Shown: positions 19,437-29,456 of the stretch, one piece after another | How the letters are laid out: every line of letters begins with the position of its first letter | How positions within the stretch are numbered: the stretch's first letter is position 1 | Assembly: GCA_017511375.1 (NCBI GenBank) | Contig: JAFWKJ010000018.1 | Coordinates: 1,312-65,311, forward strand | Source: Bacilli bacterium | GTDB taxonomy: Bacteria > Bacillota_I > Bacilli_A > RF39 > UBA660 | DNA: 64,000 nt | Direction: 5' to 3' | Made by a program: the position numbers and the translations under genes | Notes under the pieces: model-generated | The model's database searches: none | Told to the model about the DNA's origin: nothing | What the model saw: only the letters and a program-made list of their open reading frames with translations

Positions 19437-20012
19437 ATGGCAAATAATAAGAAAGTTAGTAAGAAAAAAAGTTCTTCTAGTAAAGGAACTAATAAGAAAA
19501 AGAAGATTCAGGAGGAGAATCATAAAAAAATAGAAACAGTAGGGGATTCCAATATAGATTTTATGCATATCTTTTTTGTGGCAAGTAGTATTATTCTTAT
19601 CTTTTTAGTATTTTATATTTTGACAGTTTATATTACTGGACGTGATAAGAAAGAAACGACTACTTCTTCTGAGGATACTACTATATCTTATACGGATACG
19701 ATTGCAGGAAGAAGTTTCTCTATGCCTGAGAATGAATACTTAGTTTTATATTATGATCAAAGTGATACGGATTTGCATACCGATATGAGTACGCTTGTAT
19801 CAGATTATCGTTCAGATCCTGAACATTATGCTTTGTATTCTGTTGATATGAGTCGTGGTATTAATAAAACTTATGCTGCTGAGGAAAGTAATACGAATCC
19901 AGAGTCTGTTTCTGACTTAGCAATCTCTGGGCCATCTTTAATTCATTTTAAAGAGGGAAATGTGATGGAATATTTAGAAGGTGTAGAAGATATCACTAAT
20001 TATTTAAAATAA
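19437..20012 (+). CDS. Hypothetical membrane-anchored protein, possible Cys-less thioredoxin-like domain
   Basis: Basic N-terminus, single TM, YLVLYY...Y.VD...GPSLIHFKEG pattern. Confidence 0.6.
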   Translation: MANNKKVSKKKSSSSKGTNKKKKIQEENHKKIETVGDSNIDFMHIFFVASSIILIFLVFYILTVYITGRDKKETTTSSEDTTISYTDTIAGRSFSMPENEYLVLYYDQSDTDLHTDMSTLVSDYRSDPEHYALYSVDMSRGINKTYAAEESNTNPESVSDLAISGPSLIHFKEGNVMEYLEGVEDITNYLK

Positions 20013-20049
20013 AAAAGACAATCCTGTCTTTTTTGCTATGAGGTGTTTT

Positions 20050-21270
20050 ATGAAGAAAAAAAAGATTCGAAATCAATTTTTGAACCATTTTGAGAATGAT
20101 TCCACTTTTTCTTTGTTTGAAGTGATTGTTTTAATCTTGATATCTGTTGTTTTTGGTGTCATTATAGGATATTTACTTACCTATGGAAATAGTAATTTAA
20201 GACGTGTTCGTTCTAATTCTAATTTAGGAGAAGTAGTGAATACGTATAATAGTATTATAGATAATTATTATGATGAAGTAGATGAGAAGAAACTTTCTGA
20301 TGCGGCGATTAAAGGAATGATTTCCTCTTTAGAGGATCCTTATTCATCTTTTTTAGATGAAAGCATGTCTGGTGACTTTAATAAGTCAGTGGATGGAGAG
20401 TATGTAGGAATTGGAATTGCTATCTACTTTGAGGAGGAATATAATCATGTATCCTCTATCACAAAAAATAGTCCTGCTTCTCAAGCGGGAATTCAAGAGG
20501 GAGATATCATATTATCTGTGAATGAAAAGGATTGTAAGGGGCTATATCCGAATCAATTATATGAACTAATTAGTGGTTCTTTGGGAGGCACTGTTACTCT
20601 TGAGGTTTTGCGAGGAGAAGAAAAACTATCGTTTGTAATGAAAAGAGATGTCATTGAAATTCAGAGTGTTACTGGGAAGGTGTTCTCTGAAGAGGATGGA
20701 AAGATTGGATATATTAAGATTGATGTGATTTCTTCTAATTCTTATGAACAGTTTTCTAAAGTATTAAAACGATTAGAAAAAAAAGAAATTGATTCCTTAA
20801 TTCTTGATTTGAGGGATAATCCTGGAGGGCAATTAGATCAAACAAGAAAGATATTAAGTATGTTCTTTCCTAAAAAGACGATTCTTTATCGGATTGAAAA
20901 GAGTGGGTCTATTCATAAGATTTATTCCTTAAATCAAGAAACTAGAGATTATCCTATTGTAGTTTTAGTGAATGGTAATACTGCCTCTTCTGCAGAAGTG
21001 ATAGCTTCTTGTTTTCAAGAGAATTATAAGGAAGTTCATTTAGTTGGGACAAAAACTTATGGAAAAGGAAATGTTCAAAAGTCTATTTCTTTGCGTAGTG
21101 GGTCTAGTATTAAATTTACAGTAGAATCTTGGTTAACCTCTAAAGGGGTTCAGGTGAATGGAAAAGGAATTACTCCAGATATAGAAGAAGAGCAAGATCC
21201 TGTCTATTATGTGGAATACTTAGAAAAGGATGATAGTCAATTGCATAAAGCTATTTCCCTATTAAAATAG
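20050..21270 (+). CDS. S41 carboxy-terminal processing protease with PDZ domain
   Basis: LEDPYS, GIGI, LDLRDNPGG, TASSAE, T.GKG.VQ and GITPD motifs. Confidence 0.93.
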   Translation: MKKKKIRNQFLNHFENDSTFSLFEVIVLILISVVFGVIIGYLLTYGNSNLRRVRSNSNLGEVVNTYNSIIDNYYDEVDEKKLSDAAIKGMISSLEDPYSSFLDESMSGDFNKSVDGEYVGIGIAIYFEEEYNHVSSITKNSPASQAGIQEGDIILSVNEKDCKGLYPNQLYELISGSLGGTVTLEVLRGEEKLSFVMKRDVIEIQSVTGKVFSEEDGKIGYIKIDVISSNSYEQFSKVLKRLEKKEIDSLILDLRDNPGGQLDQTRKILSMFFPKKTILYRIEKSGSIHKIYSLNQETRDYPIVVLVNGNTASSAEVIASCFQENYKEVHLVGTKTYGKGNVQKSISLRSGSSIKFTVESWLTSKGVQVNGKGITPDIEEEQDPVYYVEYLEKDDSQLHKAISLLK

Positions 21271-21275
21271 AGTCA

Positions 21276-21854
21276 TTAGGATGACTCTTTTTCTATGCAA
21301 TTAATAATGAGTTGGCAGTTTTCTTTTTGGGGACAACAAGTTGTTAAGACAAGTTGTCTTTTTTCTTCTCTATATCCTCTAATATATCCATCTTTTTGTT
21401 GTTCATAGATAGATTTTACTTGATAGGTATATACTTTATCAAATAATAGAATATGTACTTCATCTTGTTCTTGTAATTCGTCTAATCTTTGAAAGAAAGC
21501 GATTTCTCCCGTTCCTGAATGAGCTGCTATAAACAGGATACTATTTTCTTCTTCTGGATATTTTGATTCTTTTAGAATGGTTACATTTTCTTCTATGTTA
21601 TTTTTTTTACTATTTCTATCATATAATGATTTTTCTAAATCTATTTTTGGTATTTGGATGATACCGATGGGTTGTTCCTCTTTTATAGATCTTCTGATTG
21701 AGGATTTATTTTGCATTGTGATTTCATTTTTAAACACCTCTTTTTTATCAATACGTATGAGTGTTAATGAAACTAGTATACAGGATAAGATAATTAGAAA
21801 TAGAAATGATTTCTTTAACAAAATAGTAAGAATATTAATAAAATGTATTTCCAT
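21276..21854 (-). CDS. Sortase
   Basis: N-terminal TM; IPKIDL, IAAHSG, F..L..L...D and LVLTTC motifs. Confidence 0.88.
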   Translation of the reverse strand: MEIHFINILTILLKKSFLFLIILSCILVSLTLIRIDKKEVFKNEITMQNKSSIRRSIKEEQPIGIIQIPKIDLEKSLYDRNSKKNNIEENVTILKESKYPEEENSILFIAAHSGTGEIAFFQRLDELQEQDEVHILLFDKVYTYQVKSIYEQQKDGYIRGYREEKRQLVLTTCCPQKENCQLIINCIEKESS

Positions 21855-23233
21855 ATATTTATCTTATCTTTTGTGCTAGTATTAGGAACTGGTATTTTAT
21901 AGTCTTTTAATTCTAGGATTTCTTTTTCAGAATTGTGGACGATCAATAAGAAGGGTTTTAATAATTCATAACCTTCTGTAGTATTGGTTTGTTTAATGGT
22001 ATAAGATCCATAGGGTAATAGAAATGTTACTATTCCTTCTTCATTTGTGATAACAGAGTCTATGATTTCATTTTGGTTGTTTATAATATCAAATGAAATG
22101 TTTTCTTCTGGGTGGAGATTTTCCTCTTCTCCATATTTTTTTTGAAGAACGATTTCTTTTTCTATTACTTTGTTTGATACAGTTATTTCAGCATTTGGAT
22201 TTTCCTCTGATAGGTTTATTTCATAGATAGTATCATTGATTGTATAACCTGTTCCTGCTTTTATTTCCTTTAAATAATAAGTTCCTAAAGGAATATTCTT
22301 TATCTCTCCTATGCCCTCTGAAATCTCTATCTGTTCTATTTCTTGTTCTTTAGAATCTAGCAATTGAAAAATGGCTCCATCTAATGTTGCTTCTCCTTGG
22401 GGAATCGATTTTTTGGTATCTTCATCTATTTTGATTACTTTGATAGAATTACTTATTACGTGAATTTGAAATTGCGCTTTTTTAGAGTCTAAATCTCCTA
22501 GGGTCATAAGAGTCTGACTATCGACTGCTTGATAAATGGTAAAGTCTTTACCAAAGGATCTTTCTTTATTTTTCGTTAAAGAAATAGAGTAATCTCCTTC
22601 TTCTAATGGTTTTATAAGTACTTTTCCAGATTCTATTTTTATTTCATCATTGTTTGAGGAATAATCATTTAAAGAATTTCCTACCTCTATTTCTTTTTCT
22701 TCTCCTTGTACTAAGGTGTAGGTTTGATTATGAATGGGTAAATTCTTATCATATTCTCTTATAAGTTGATTGATTTCTTCTATATAAGAATCATATTTGT
22801 TTGTTCTTTGGCCATTTAATGTTTCTGTGAAATAATAATCGCCTCCATATGGATTCGATTCTCTCCATATCATTATTTGTGTTACTGCGTACCAAGTAGT
22901 ATCATTATGACCTTTATATTGATATCCAAAGTGTGCTATCTTTTTGATTCTTGTCAGTTGATCAGAAGATAGATTCCTAGGACTATTTGTAATGGTATAA
23001 GAGCTGTTTTCTTTAAAAAAGGTTAAAGGCTCTATACAATAGACTAGTTCTCCTGTTGCGCTATTTCGAAACATTCTAGCTTGTTGATAATAAATTGTGT
23101 TGTTGGAATATTGATATTTATTCATATAAATACCATTAATAAATTCTGCTTCGTAGAAGCTTTCTGCCTGCACTTTTTTTACACCCAATAAAATTGCCAT
23201 GATTGTTATTAAGAAAAATATCTTTTTTTTCAT
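21815..23233 (-). CDS. Cys-Gln thioester-domain surface adhesin with SpaA/Cna-B-like repeats, sortase substrate
   Basis: Signal peptide; YCIEP and TQIMIW motifs; K.D...L.GA.F.L...G.Y.LKE..A..GY stalk; VPNTS sorting motif plus hydrophobic tail. Confidence 0.85.
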   Translation of the reverse strand: MKKKIFFLITIMAILLGVKKVQAESFYEAEFINGIYMNKYQYSNNTIYYQQARMFRNSATGELVYCIEPLTFFKENSSYTITNSPRNLSSDQLTRIKKIAHFGYQYKGHNDTTWYAVTQIMIWRESNPYGGDYYFTETLNGQRTNKYDSYIEEINQLIREYDKNLPIHNQTYTLVQGEEKEIEVGNSLNDYSSNNDEIKIESGKVLIKPLEEGDYSISLTKNKERSFGKDFTIYQAVDSQTLMTLGDLDSKKAQFQIHVISNSIKVIKIDEDTKKSIPQGEATLDGAIFQLLDSKEQEIEQIEISEGIGEIKNIPLGTYYLKEIKAGTGYTINDTIYEINLSEENPNAEITVSNKVIEKEIVLQKKYGEEENLHPEENISFDIINNQNEIIDSVITNEEGIVTFLLPYGSYTIKQTNTTEGYELLKPFLLIVHNSEKEILELKDYKIPVPNTSTKDKINIWKYILLIFLLFC

Positions 23234-23425
23234 CTTTTCCCTCCTTTTTTCTTAATGAGGTTGATTATAAAGTAGGTGTTCTTATATATCAAATGGGTGA
23301 TTTGTTATTAGGAAGGATTTTTTTGGTTGCTTTTCTCATTTTTCTTATAAAAATAACTATTTTGAAGGGGATGTGGGCTTAAAAATAAAAGTTTCCTATG
23401 TTATAATGATTTTGAGGTGATTGTC

Positions 23426-25039
23426 ATGACTGATATTGAAATATCTAGAAATAGTAACAAACAAAATATTTTAGATGTTGGGAAGAAAATAGGCTTAAAG
23501 AAGAACGATTTAGAATGTTATGGTAATTATAAAGCGAAAATTAGAACTAGTGCTAAACGAAAAAAACAAGGGAAGTTAATCCTTGTTACAGCGATTAGCC
23601 CTACTCCTATGGGAGAGGGTAAAACAACAGTCAGCATTGGATTAGGAGATGCCCTAAACCAAATGGGAAAGAAGGTTATGATTGCCTTACGCGAACCTTC
23701 TATGGGACCTGTATTTGGTATGAAAGGCGGTGCAACGGGAGGAGGCTATTCTCAAGTTGTTCCTATGGAAGATATTAATCTTCATTTTACGGGGGATTTT
23801 CATGCGATTACTTCTGCGAATAATCTAATCAGTGCCGCTATTGATAATCATATTTATTTTGGTAATCGTTTGGATATTCAAAATGTATTATTTAAGAGAT
23901 GTTTGGATGTGAATGATAGAGCATTAAGAGATGTGGATCTTGGTACTCGTCATGATAGTTTTACCATTACTTCTGCTAGTGAGATTATGGCGCTTTTCTG
24001 TTTGGCCACTTCTTTAGATGATTTGAGAGAAAAACTAGGAAATATCATTGTGGGTACGAATAGTAAAGGAGAATATATTTATGTTCGAGACCTACATATT
24101 GAGGGATCTTTGGTAGCCTTGCTTAAAGATGCGATGATGCCTAATTTAGTTCAAACACTAGAACATACTCCTACTATTATTCATGGTGGTCCGTTTGCGA
24201 ATATTGCGCATGGATGTAATAGTATCATTGCGACTAAAACGGCTTTAGGGTATGCAGATTATGTTGTGACGGAAGCGGGTTTTGGAGCGGATCTTGGAGC
24301 GGAAAAGTTTTTAGATATTAAATGTAGATTAGGAAATTTAAAACCACAGACAGTTGTTTTGGTTGCCACAATCAAGGCGATGAAGTACCATGGAGGTGTT
24401 TCTAAAGAGCAAGTGTTTGAAAAAAATGATGAAGCTTTAGAAAAAGGCTTTGAAAATTTAGATAAGCACTATGAAAACTTAAAAAAGTATGGTGTGAATG
24501 TAATTGTTTGTTTAAATAAATTCCATACGGATACAGAAAGTGAAATTGAATTAGTTCGAAAACATGCGGAAAAGATGGGATATACATTTACTGTTTCTAA
24601 AGCTTATGCTGAAGGTGGTTCTGGGGCTCTTGATTTGGCTAAAAAAGTAGTTGAGGCTCCTAAGGGTAAATTTAAATGCTTATACAAGTTAGATAGTCCT
24701 ATTGAAAGTAAAGTTCGCAAGATCTGTCGAGAGATTTATGGGGCTAAAAAAATATCCTTTAGTAAGTTGGCCAAAGAAAAAATAGAAGATATTAAGAAAA
24801 ACAATCTTTCTAATCTTCCTATTTGTGTTGCTAAAACTCAATATTCATTCTCAGACGACGCTAAAAAAATTGGCGTTCCAAAAGATTTTGAAGTTACAGT
24901 TAGAGATGTTCAACTTTATAATGGAGCTGGGTTTATTACGGTACTTCTTGGAGATATTATGACTATGCCAGGTCTTTCTCGTAAACCTAATTGTGAGTTA
25001 ATTGATGTAGTGGATGGAGAAATTGTTAATTTAAGTTAA
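23426..25039 (+). CDS. fhs: Formate--tetrahydrofolate ligase
   Basis: TPMGEGKTT, KGGATGGG, HGGPFANIAHG, TEAGFGADLG and IMTMPGL motifs. Confidence 0.97.
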   Translation: MTDIEISRNSNKQNILDVGKKIGLKKNDLECYGNYKAKIRTSAKRKKQGKLILVTAISPTPMGEGKTTVSIGLGDALNQMGKKVMIALREPSMGPVFGMKGGATGGGYSQVVPMEDINLHFTGDFHAITSANNLISAAIDNHIYFGNRLDIQNVLFKRCLDVNDRALRDVDLGTRHDSFTITSASEIMALFCLATSLDDLREKLGNIIVGTNSKGEYIYVRDLHIEGSLVALLKDAMMPNLVQTLEHTPTIIHGGPFANIAHGCNSIIATKTALGYADYVVTEAGFGADLGAEKFLDIKCRLGNLKPQTVVLVATIKAMKYHGGVSKEQVFEKNDEALEKGFENLDKHYENLKKYGVNVIVCLNKFHTDTESEIELVRKHAEKMGYTFTVSKAYAEGGSGALDLAKKVVEAPKGKFKCLYKLDSPIESKVRKICREIYGAKKISFSKLAKEKIEDIKKNNLSNLPICVAKTQYSFSDDAKKIGVPKDFEVTVRDVQLYNGAGFITVLLGDIMTMPGLSRKPNCELIDVVDGEIVNLS

Positions 25040-25067
25040 AAAAAAAGAACGTTGATTCGTTCTTTTT

Positions 25068-25811
25068 TTAATCACATATATTTTTATCCATGTCGTAAAT
25101 TCCTTTGTCACAGATACAAGTATTGTTGTTCACATCTGCTGTAGAGTTTTCTGGACACATAAGTGCGGTAACAACTGTTTCTACTGGTTCATGAATAATA
25201 AAGTCACCATAATAGGTTTTATCTTTATAAATGATAGAATATTTATATTTACCTGGAACATTTTGATGTTCAATTACATCTTTTAAATCTAAAATCATTT
25301 CGTTATAAACAGATTCCTCTAAATCTTCATAAATATAATCTTTAATATTTCTTGAAATAGTTCCTGTTGTAGGCATATTCTTTTCTTTTAGTGTGATTTT
25401 AATATTTTGTAGGGCTTTTTCTTTTACAATTATTTTTGCTTGATAGGTTTTTTTCTTATAGGTAATTGTATAAGTATAAGTTCCTGGTTTGTTAACGTTT
25501 ACATTAGATGTATCTAATCCTTGTGATAAAAGATTTAGCATACTATCAGAAATTGATTCGGGATTATCAAGATAATCCTTTATATTTGTACTGATAGGTG
25601 AACCTTCTTCAATTTGTAGGTCTTTTAGAGAAATCTCAGTTTTTCTTGCTTGAATTTTTGAGATTTGTTTGGCAGATACGGCTATGCTATATGTTTTCTT
25701 AATTTCTACTTTTTTACTTTGGCTCATGACGGTTCCACTTGAGATGAGAAAGAATCCCCATACGGCTATCACGATTGCTAATGTTTTTAATTCTCTACTA
25801 TTTAGTCTCAT
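25068..25811 (-). CDS. Membrane-anchored protein with two Ig-like repeats and Cys-rich tail
   Basis: TM; two copies of IS.NIKDY...V..PG.Y.Y.I.YK.KTY; C-terminal CP...C.C......C. Confidence 0.7.
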   Translation of the reverse strand: MRLNSRELKTLAIVIAVWGFFLISSGTVMSQSKKVEIKKTYSIAVSAKQISKIQARKTEISLKDLQIEEGSPISTNIKDYLDNPESISDSMLNLLSQGLDTSNVNVNKPGTYTYTITYKKKTYQAKIIVKEKALQNIKITLKEKNMPTTGTISRNIKDYIYEDLEESVYNEMILDLKDVIEHQNVPGKYKYSIIYKDKTYYGDFIIHEPVETVVTALMCPENSTADVNNNTCICDKGIYDMDKNICD

Positions 25812-26019
25812 ATGCCCACTCCTATCTTCAATATTATTATAATATAGGATTTGTCTAGTTATAGGATATTTGTCGTAAAATTAATAAATATGACACTTAT
25901 TTGACATATTATTTGTAGTTTAGGGATTGTTTATTATGATTTTGTTTCTGAGAAAGATAAAAAAATTTCTACAATTATTGTGGATTTTTGATATAATGAT
26001 ACTATAGAGAGGTGAAAAA

Positions 26020-26478
26020 ATGGCAAAGTATTGTGTTTCTTGTGGAAAAGAGCTTGTAGAAGGAGCTGCAGTTTGCGGTCAATGTGGAACTCGTGTTAGT
26101 GCATCAACCAGTGCACCAGTAGCACCAGCAACCCCAACACCTACACCTGTTACATCTAAAAAAGGAAATGCCATGGCAATTACAGGTTTTGTAGTTTCTA
26201 TTGTATCTTTTCTTTTATGTTGTGGTACACTTAGTTGGCTTAGTTTAATCTTTTCAATTGTTGGTATTGTGAATGCTAATAAAGTAGGTGGAAAAGGAAA
26301 AGGATTGGCAATCGCAGGTACGATTATTTCTGGTTTAGGATTTCTTCTTTTACTTGCATCATTTACGCTTGTTCCTATTTGGAATTCTATTACGGAAACT
26401 ATCAATGATCAATGGGTTGATATTTCTGATTATGGTAATACTGATGATTATGACTTTGATAGTTATTTTGACGATTAA
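26020..26478 (+). CDS. Zinc-ribbon / DUF4190-like membrane protein
   Basis: CxxCG...CxxCG; N.MAI.GF...GKGLAIAG motif. Confidence 0.8.
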   Translation: MAKYCVSCGKELVEGAAVCGQCGTRVSASTSAPVAPATPTPTPVTSKKGNAMAITGFVVSIVSFLLCCGTLSWLSLIFSIVGIVNANKVGGKGKGLAIAGTIISGLGFLLLLASFTLVPIWNSITETINDQWVDISDYGNTDDYDFDSYFDD

Positions 26479-26500
26479 AAAAGAGAGGTTTCTCTCTTTT

Positions 26501-27433
26501 TTATTTGTTACACTTTATTCCTTGATAGGTATTTCTTTTTACCATTTCTTTATCGATATCATTTAATACACAGAATTTTTTAATTAACCATTGTGGTTCT
26601 ATCAATTCTTCTTTTTTAGGGTCTCCTGTTATTCGGTGTATGACAATTTCTGGTCTTAATTCTTCTAATTGGTTAATTACAATATTGATGTATTCTTCTT
26701 TCGTTAGAATTGGGAATGGTTTTTCTTCGTATAGTTTTGCGATAGGAGTGCCTTTTAGGATACTTAGCATATGAATTTTAATTCCTTGAATATCTAATTG
26801 ATTTAAATACTTTACAGTATTAATCATGTCTTCTTTTGTTTCATAAGGCAGTCCATTTATAATATGTACTACGACATTAATGCCTCTATCTCTTAGTTTT
26901 TCTACCATTTCTTTAAAGCAATTTAATGTATGACAGCGATTAATCAAGATAGATGTTTCTTCTTTGATGGTTTGTAGTCCTAGTTCGATTGTAAGAAAGG
27001 TTCTTTTATTTAAGTCTTCTAAATAGTCAAGGCATTCCTCTGTTATGGCATCGGGACGTGTTGCGATATTTAATCCTATTACATTTTCTTGTTTTAAAAT
27101 GGGTTCATATACTTTTTTTAGTTCTTCTATAGGGGCATAAGTGTTTGTTCTAGCTTGAAAATAACCAATTATCTTTCCCTTTGGCCATTTTTTGGCCATT
27201 TCTTTTTTGATTTCTTTAAATTGTTTTATGATGTTGTCTTCTTTGTTACCCGCAAATTCTCCACTTCCTGTTTTAGAACAGTATATACATCCTCCACGGC
27301 CTACTGTACCATCTAAATTTGGACAGGAGAATCCTGCGTTTAAACTTACTTTAAATACTTTTTCTTTAAATTTGCTTTTATAGAAATAATCTAGCGTGTG
27401 ATATCGCTTGTTATTATTAGAATATTGAAACAT
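26501..27433 (-). CDS. ytqA: TIGR01212 radical SAM protein (YtqA/YhcC family)
   Basis: GFSCPNLDG..G.GGCIYC, YFQA.TNTY, ELGLQ and IKIH.L motifs. Confidence 0.9.
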   Translation of the reverse strand: MFQYSNNNKRYHTLDYFYKSKFKEKVFKVSLNAGFSCPNLDGTVGRGGCIYCSKTGSGEFAGNKEDNIIKQFKEIKKEMAKKWPKGKIIGYFQARTNTYAPIEELKKVYEPILKQENVIGLNIATRPDAITEECLDYLEDLNKRTFLTIELGLQTIKEETSILINRCHTLNCFKEMVEKLRDRGINVVVHIINGLPYETKEDMINTVKYLNQLDIQGIKIHMLSILKGTPIAKLYEEKPFPILTKEEYINIVINQLEELRPEIVIHRITGDPKKEELIEPQWLIKKFCVLNDIDKEMVKRNTYQGIKCNK

Positions 27434-27513
27434 ATTTTTCTCCTTGTCAAATCAAAGTGTATTCTATCATAAAGTATAGTTTTTTACAACGAACTATGAT
27501 ATTATACTATTAG

Positions 27514-28653
27514 GTGGTATACTTGAAAAAGATAAAGAGAGTTCATGTTAAGCCTAAAGTGGCCGCAATTTTTAAAGTTGTGGGATTTATTCTTGTGTGT
27601 CTTTTAGGTATATTCATCTATTATCGTATTCAGATTCATGATTTGAAAGTTCTTGGTTATAGTGAAGAAGCAAGTAATGCGATTTTGTTTTCTAAAAACA
27701 AGAGAAATGTGATGGAATATGGAGAAAACAAAACATTGAATGCTGCTTTTGAGAGTGAGGCTTTTAAACAGGAATATTTGAATAATTATGCCAAAATAAA
27801 GTATGTAGATCATGAACATCTTATTGATAATATTCATCGTTTATTAAAAGTTGGTTATAGTAATAATGATATTAACATTATTTTAGCTCATGGAACAGAT
27901 GAATCTGTTAGAGAATTTGCGAAAAGAGATAGAGTCCGTTATTTAGATGATTTCTTTTCTTATGATTTTGCGAAGCTAGAGAATTATGATCGATATGTCG
28001 CTTATTCTGATGAAACAGGTGAAGATGAATTGGAGACAATTCTCCATGTTAATTTAGATATAGATAAGCCTGATTATGAATATTCGCATGTTGTTTCTAA
28101 ATTTTCCTTAGATATGCTTGTAAATAAACATCATAATTTAACGGAGGATTTTGCTCCCAATGATTTAACGACTATTAGTAAGGAATATACAGATGAAGAT
28201 GATTTGCAATGTAGTAGACTTGCTTTAAACGCTTATATGGAATTGTATAAGGCAGCTACGCAAGAAGGATATTCTTTGGTGATTAATTCTGCTTATCGTA
28301 GTTATCAGGATCAAGTAGAATTAACGCAAACTTATTTAGATGCTTATGGACAAAATTATGTAGATAAGTATGTTGCAAAACCTGGATTTTCTGAACATCA
28401 AACGGGTCTTGCTTTTGATATTGGTAGTCGTAATTCTCGTGTTTTTGAAAATTCTAAAGAGTTTGCGTGGATGAAAGATAATGCTTATAAATATGGATTT
28501 ATTTACCGTTTTGATGAAAGATATGAAGATTTAACGGAATTTAGAAAAGAACCATGGCATTATAGATATGTGGGAAAAGAGATTGCTAAATATGTATATG
28601 AACACAATAATATGTCATTAGAAGAGTATTATGTGTTGTTTTTGGAAAAATAG
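27514..28653 (+). CDS. M15B (VanY/LdcB-like) carboxypeptidase
   Basis: TM; LVNK, SAYRS, A.PG.SEHQTGLA.D and EPWHYRYVG motifs. Confidence 0.93.
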   Translation: MVYLKKIKRVHVKPKVAAIFKVVGFILVCLLGIFIYYRIQIHDLKVLGYSEEASNAILFSKNKRNVMEYGENKTLNAAFESEAFKQEYLNNYAKIKYVDHEHLIDNIHRLLKVGYSNNDINIILAHGTDESVREFAKRDRVRYLDDFFSYDFAKLENYDRYVAYSDETGEDELETILHVNLDIDKPDYEYSHVVSKFSLDMLVNKHHNLTEDFAPNDLTTISKEYTDEDDLQCSRLALNAYMELYKAATQEGYSLVINSAYRSYQDQVELTQTYLDAYGQNYVDKYVAKPGFSEHQTGLAFDIGSRNSRVFENSKEFAWMKDNAYKYGFIYRFDERYEDLTEFRKEPWHYRYVGKEIAKYVYEHNNMSLEEYYVLFLEK

Positions 28654-28664
28654 AAGGTGATTAT

Positions 28665-29390
28665 ATGGTTTGTAAAAATTGTGGCGCCGATTTAAAACCA
28701 GGAAGTAAGTATTGCTTAGAATGTGGTAATTATATTGAAGATAATGACTTTTTGGATGAAGAAGAGTCTTCTTATGATTATCCCTCTGCACCTGTTGCAA
28801 GTACTTCTATTAGAAGAAAGCGCAAAAAATTAAACCTTACCACTACAGATTATTTAATCTATGGTGGTTTATTCCTTGTCATGATTATCTCTATTATCGT
28901 TATTATTGTTACTTTAATTAAAGATAGTTCTGAGCCAGTTGTTACTCCAACACCAACGGTTTCAGCCCCTGTTGAAAGAGCGGATAAAAAATTAAATATT
29001 GATGATTATTCTGTTGTAGTTCCAGGAGAACTTGATTCTACGGTACAAGGATCTTTCTTGTATGCGACTGATAATGAAAATTATAAGTTTTCTTTTCAAA
29101 TTAAAGAAGAAGAGTTTGATGCTTATTATGATAATCAAGCCACTTTAAAAGAACAGTTAATTAAAAATAAGTATGATGTGTTATCTGTCTTTGAGAAAAA
29201 GGCCAATGGACGTTTGTTCTTGCTGTATGAATTACAAGCAGATGGGGCTAAAAAAGTATTATATTTAACTAAGATTAATTCAAAATATACTACCTTTGGT
29301 ACGATTGAATTATTTGAAAGTGGAGATTGGCAACAAGCCTTACCTATGATCGATACAATTTGTAATACTGTTAGTTTTCAATTTGAATAA
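28665..29390 (+). CDS. Zinc-ribbon membrane protein
   Basis: CKNCG...CLECG, single TM, P/T linker, extracellular domain. Confidence 0.75.
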   Translation: MVCKNCGADLKPGSKYCLECGNYIEDNDFLDEEESSYDYPSAPVASTSIRRKRKKLNLTTTDYLIYGGLFLVMIISIIVIIVTLIKDSSEPVVTPTPTVSAPVERADKKLNIDDYSVVVPGELDSTVQGSFLYATDNENYKFSFQIKEEEFDAYYDNQATLKEQLIKNKYDVLSVFEKKANGRLFLLYELQADGAKKVLYLTKINSKYTTFGTIELFESGDWQQALPMIDTICNTVSFQFE

Positions 29391-29456
29391 AAATAGCCTT
29401 GGCTATTTTTTTTTATTATGGTATTATGTTAATAGAGTAATAAGAAGGTGTTTGGT

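Noticed and set aside
23234-23425. THF or ZTP riboswitch upstream of fhs
   Set aside because: The -10 (TGTTATAAT) lies about 20 nt from the start codon, leaving no room, and no aptamer motif was recognised.
12414-25914. Shared 15-mer TTTGACATATTATTT at 12414 and 25900
   Set aside because: AT-rich and contains a generic -35; such a match is plausible by chance in 64 kb.
27514-28653. Vancomycin resistance (VanY)
   Set aside because: No van ligase, dehydrogenase or regulators; consistent with a housekeeping M15B peptidase.
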